64,000 bases of DNA from Terriglobia bacterium. GTDB lineage: Bacteria > Acidobacteriota > Terriglobia > Versatilivoradales > Versatilivoraceae. Shown here one piece after another: positions 63,248-64,000 of the stretch. How positions within the stretch are numbered: position 1 is the first letter of the stretch; every line of letters begins with the position of its first letter. The position numbers were made by a program, and so were the translations under genes. The stretch covers positions 2,471,192 to 2,535,191 of the forward strand of contig OZ244053.1 of the NCBI GenBank assembly GCA_965215235.1. Reading direction: 5' to 3'. Under the pieces are notes generated by a model, which saw only the letters and a list, made by a program, of their open reading frames with translations, was not told the origin of the DNA and made no database searches.

Positions 63248-64000
63248 ATGTTCTTGCAGAGAGAATCCGTGGCGCCCGCTCAACTCCTTATGGCTTTGCT
63301 GGGGGTGGTGCTGATCAGTTCACCCGCTACCCTGTTGTTTTCCTCGCCCTCGGAGTCCTCCCCTTCCCAATTCTCACCCCCATTGGCCCAGCAAGCCCGA
63401 GCGATTCTGGAGCAACACTGCATCACCTGTCACGGCGAGCTTCAGCTCTCGGGTCTGGACCTGCGCCAACGAAAGACCCTCTTGCGGGGTGGCGACCGAG
63501 GCCCTGCCGTCATTGCCGGCGCGGCCGACGCCAGCCTGCTGTACCGGGCGGTTTCGCATGTCGGGAACCTCCGAATGCCTCCGGACAAGCCGGCGCTTCC
63601 CCCGGCCGATCGAGAGGTGCTGCGGCAATGGATCGACCAGGGGGTTCCCTGGGAGGCTGCCCGGCAACCGACTGCCGGTCCCACTTGGTGGTCCTTTCGC
63701 AAACCGAAACGCCCACCGCTTCCGGAAGTCGAGCAGGCAGCCAGGGTTCGAAATCCGATCGATGCGTTCGTGTTGGCCAGGTTGGAGGAGAAAGAGCTAA
63801 CGGCAGCCCCCCCGGCAGACCGACGAACCCTGATTCGGCGAGCCTGCTTCGATCTGATTGGCTTGCCGCCGACTCCTGAACAGGTGGAGCGTTTTGTCGC
63901 CGACTCTTCGCCGCACGCCTATCGGAACCTGGTCGAAGAGCTGTTGGCGTCCGCCCGCTATGGTGAAAGGTGGGGTCGCCACTGGTTGGACGTGGTGCGC
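63248..64000 (+). CDS. PSCyt1/PSCyt2 (DUF1549)-family protein, 5' partial (runs off window end)
   Basis: 'LEQHCITCHGELQLSGLDLRQRKTLLRGGDRGPAVIAG' (planctomycete cytochrome-c-like) then 'DAFVLARLEEKELTAAPPADRRTLIRRACFDLIGLPPTPEQVERFVAD' (DUF1549). Open frame to 64000. Confidence 0.75.
   Translation, partial: MFLQRESVAPAQLLMALLGVVLISSPATLLFSSPSESSPSQFSPPLAQQARAILEQHCITCHGELQLSGLDLRQRKTLLRGGDRGPAVIAGAADASLLYRAVSHVGNLRMPPDKPALPPADREVLRQWIDQGVPWEAARQPTAGPTWWSFRKPKRPPLPEVEQAARVRNPIDAFVLARLEEKELTAAPPADRRTLIRRACFDLIGLPPTPEQVERFVADSSPHAYRNLVEELLASARYGERWGRHWLDVVR

Overview
This 64 kb window is a high-GC (about 60%) bacterial chromosomal segment. DUF1549/DUF1553 (PSCyt/PSD) and DUF1501 genes, many BNR/sialidase-like, PQQ-propeller and FG-GAP secreted proteins, and frequent TTG/GTG starts suggest a Planctomycetota/Verrucomicrobiota-like organism; this is inference only. 

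Most of the window is ordinary metabolic and secreted-protein genes (SDR epimerase, Fe-alcohol dehydrogenase, a two-TM K+ channel with RCK domain, enolase-superfamily dehydratase, M19 dipeptidase, creatininase, TPP enzymes, flavin reductase, formate--THF ligase, 2-hydroxyacid dehydrogenase, PhyH dioxygenase, TolB-like hydrolase, M24 peptidase). 

Three regions stand out:
- **Type I R-M locus, ~25.5-38.7 kb.** A Type I restriction-modification locus (hsdM-hsdS-hsdR) has been expanded into a roughly 13 kb defence island by serial insertions. hsdM carries an in-frame DUF559/Vsr-like endonuclease insertion. A vapBC module, an MNT/HepT module and two large unrecognised ORFs lie between the hsd genes. 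A REP-associated tyrosine transposase (RAYT), a DUF1828/1829 protein and DUF4143 ATPase fragments sit before hsdR. The hsdM 3' end and the hsdR 5' end are each duplicated at the junctions, which looks like cassette swapping.
- **PspA/DUF350/SpeE cluster, ~18.5-24.9 kb.** A seven-gene minus-strand operon encodes a YbjN/DUF2170-like protein, a PspA/IM30 homologue, a TM protein, a small hypothetical, a membrane-anchored coiled-coil protein with an RGG/YG-rich tail, a tandem DUF350 protein and a membrane-anchored spermidine-synthase-like protein. This resembles the E. coli yjfIJKLMC neighbourhood and its function is unknown.
- **Terminal-inverted-repeat elements.** Two families of short elements with conserved inverted ends and variable interiors occur here. 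Several sit exactly at gene 3' ends, and in three cases a conserved CGCTTAG/CGCTTAA/CTCATGA-type end supplies or overlaps the stop codon. They may be REPIN-like.

Other content: an IS3 remnant next to a tRNA 3' fragment, and two further TA loci (hicBA, higBA) whose toxins are disrupted. About 12 single-base frameshifts, mostly in G/C homopolymer runs, split otherwise intact genes. This pattern points to systematic indel sequencing error rather than real pseudogenisation. No CRISPR array or rRNA was seen.
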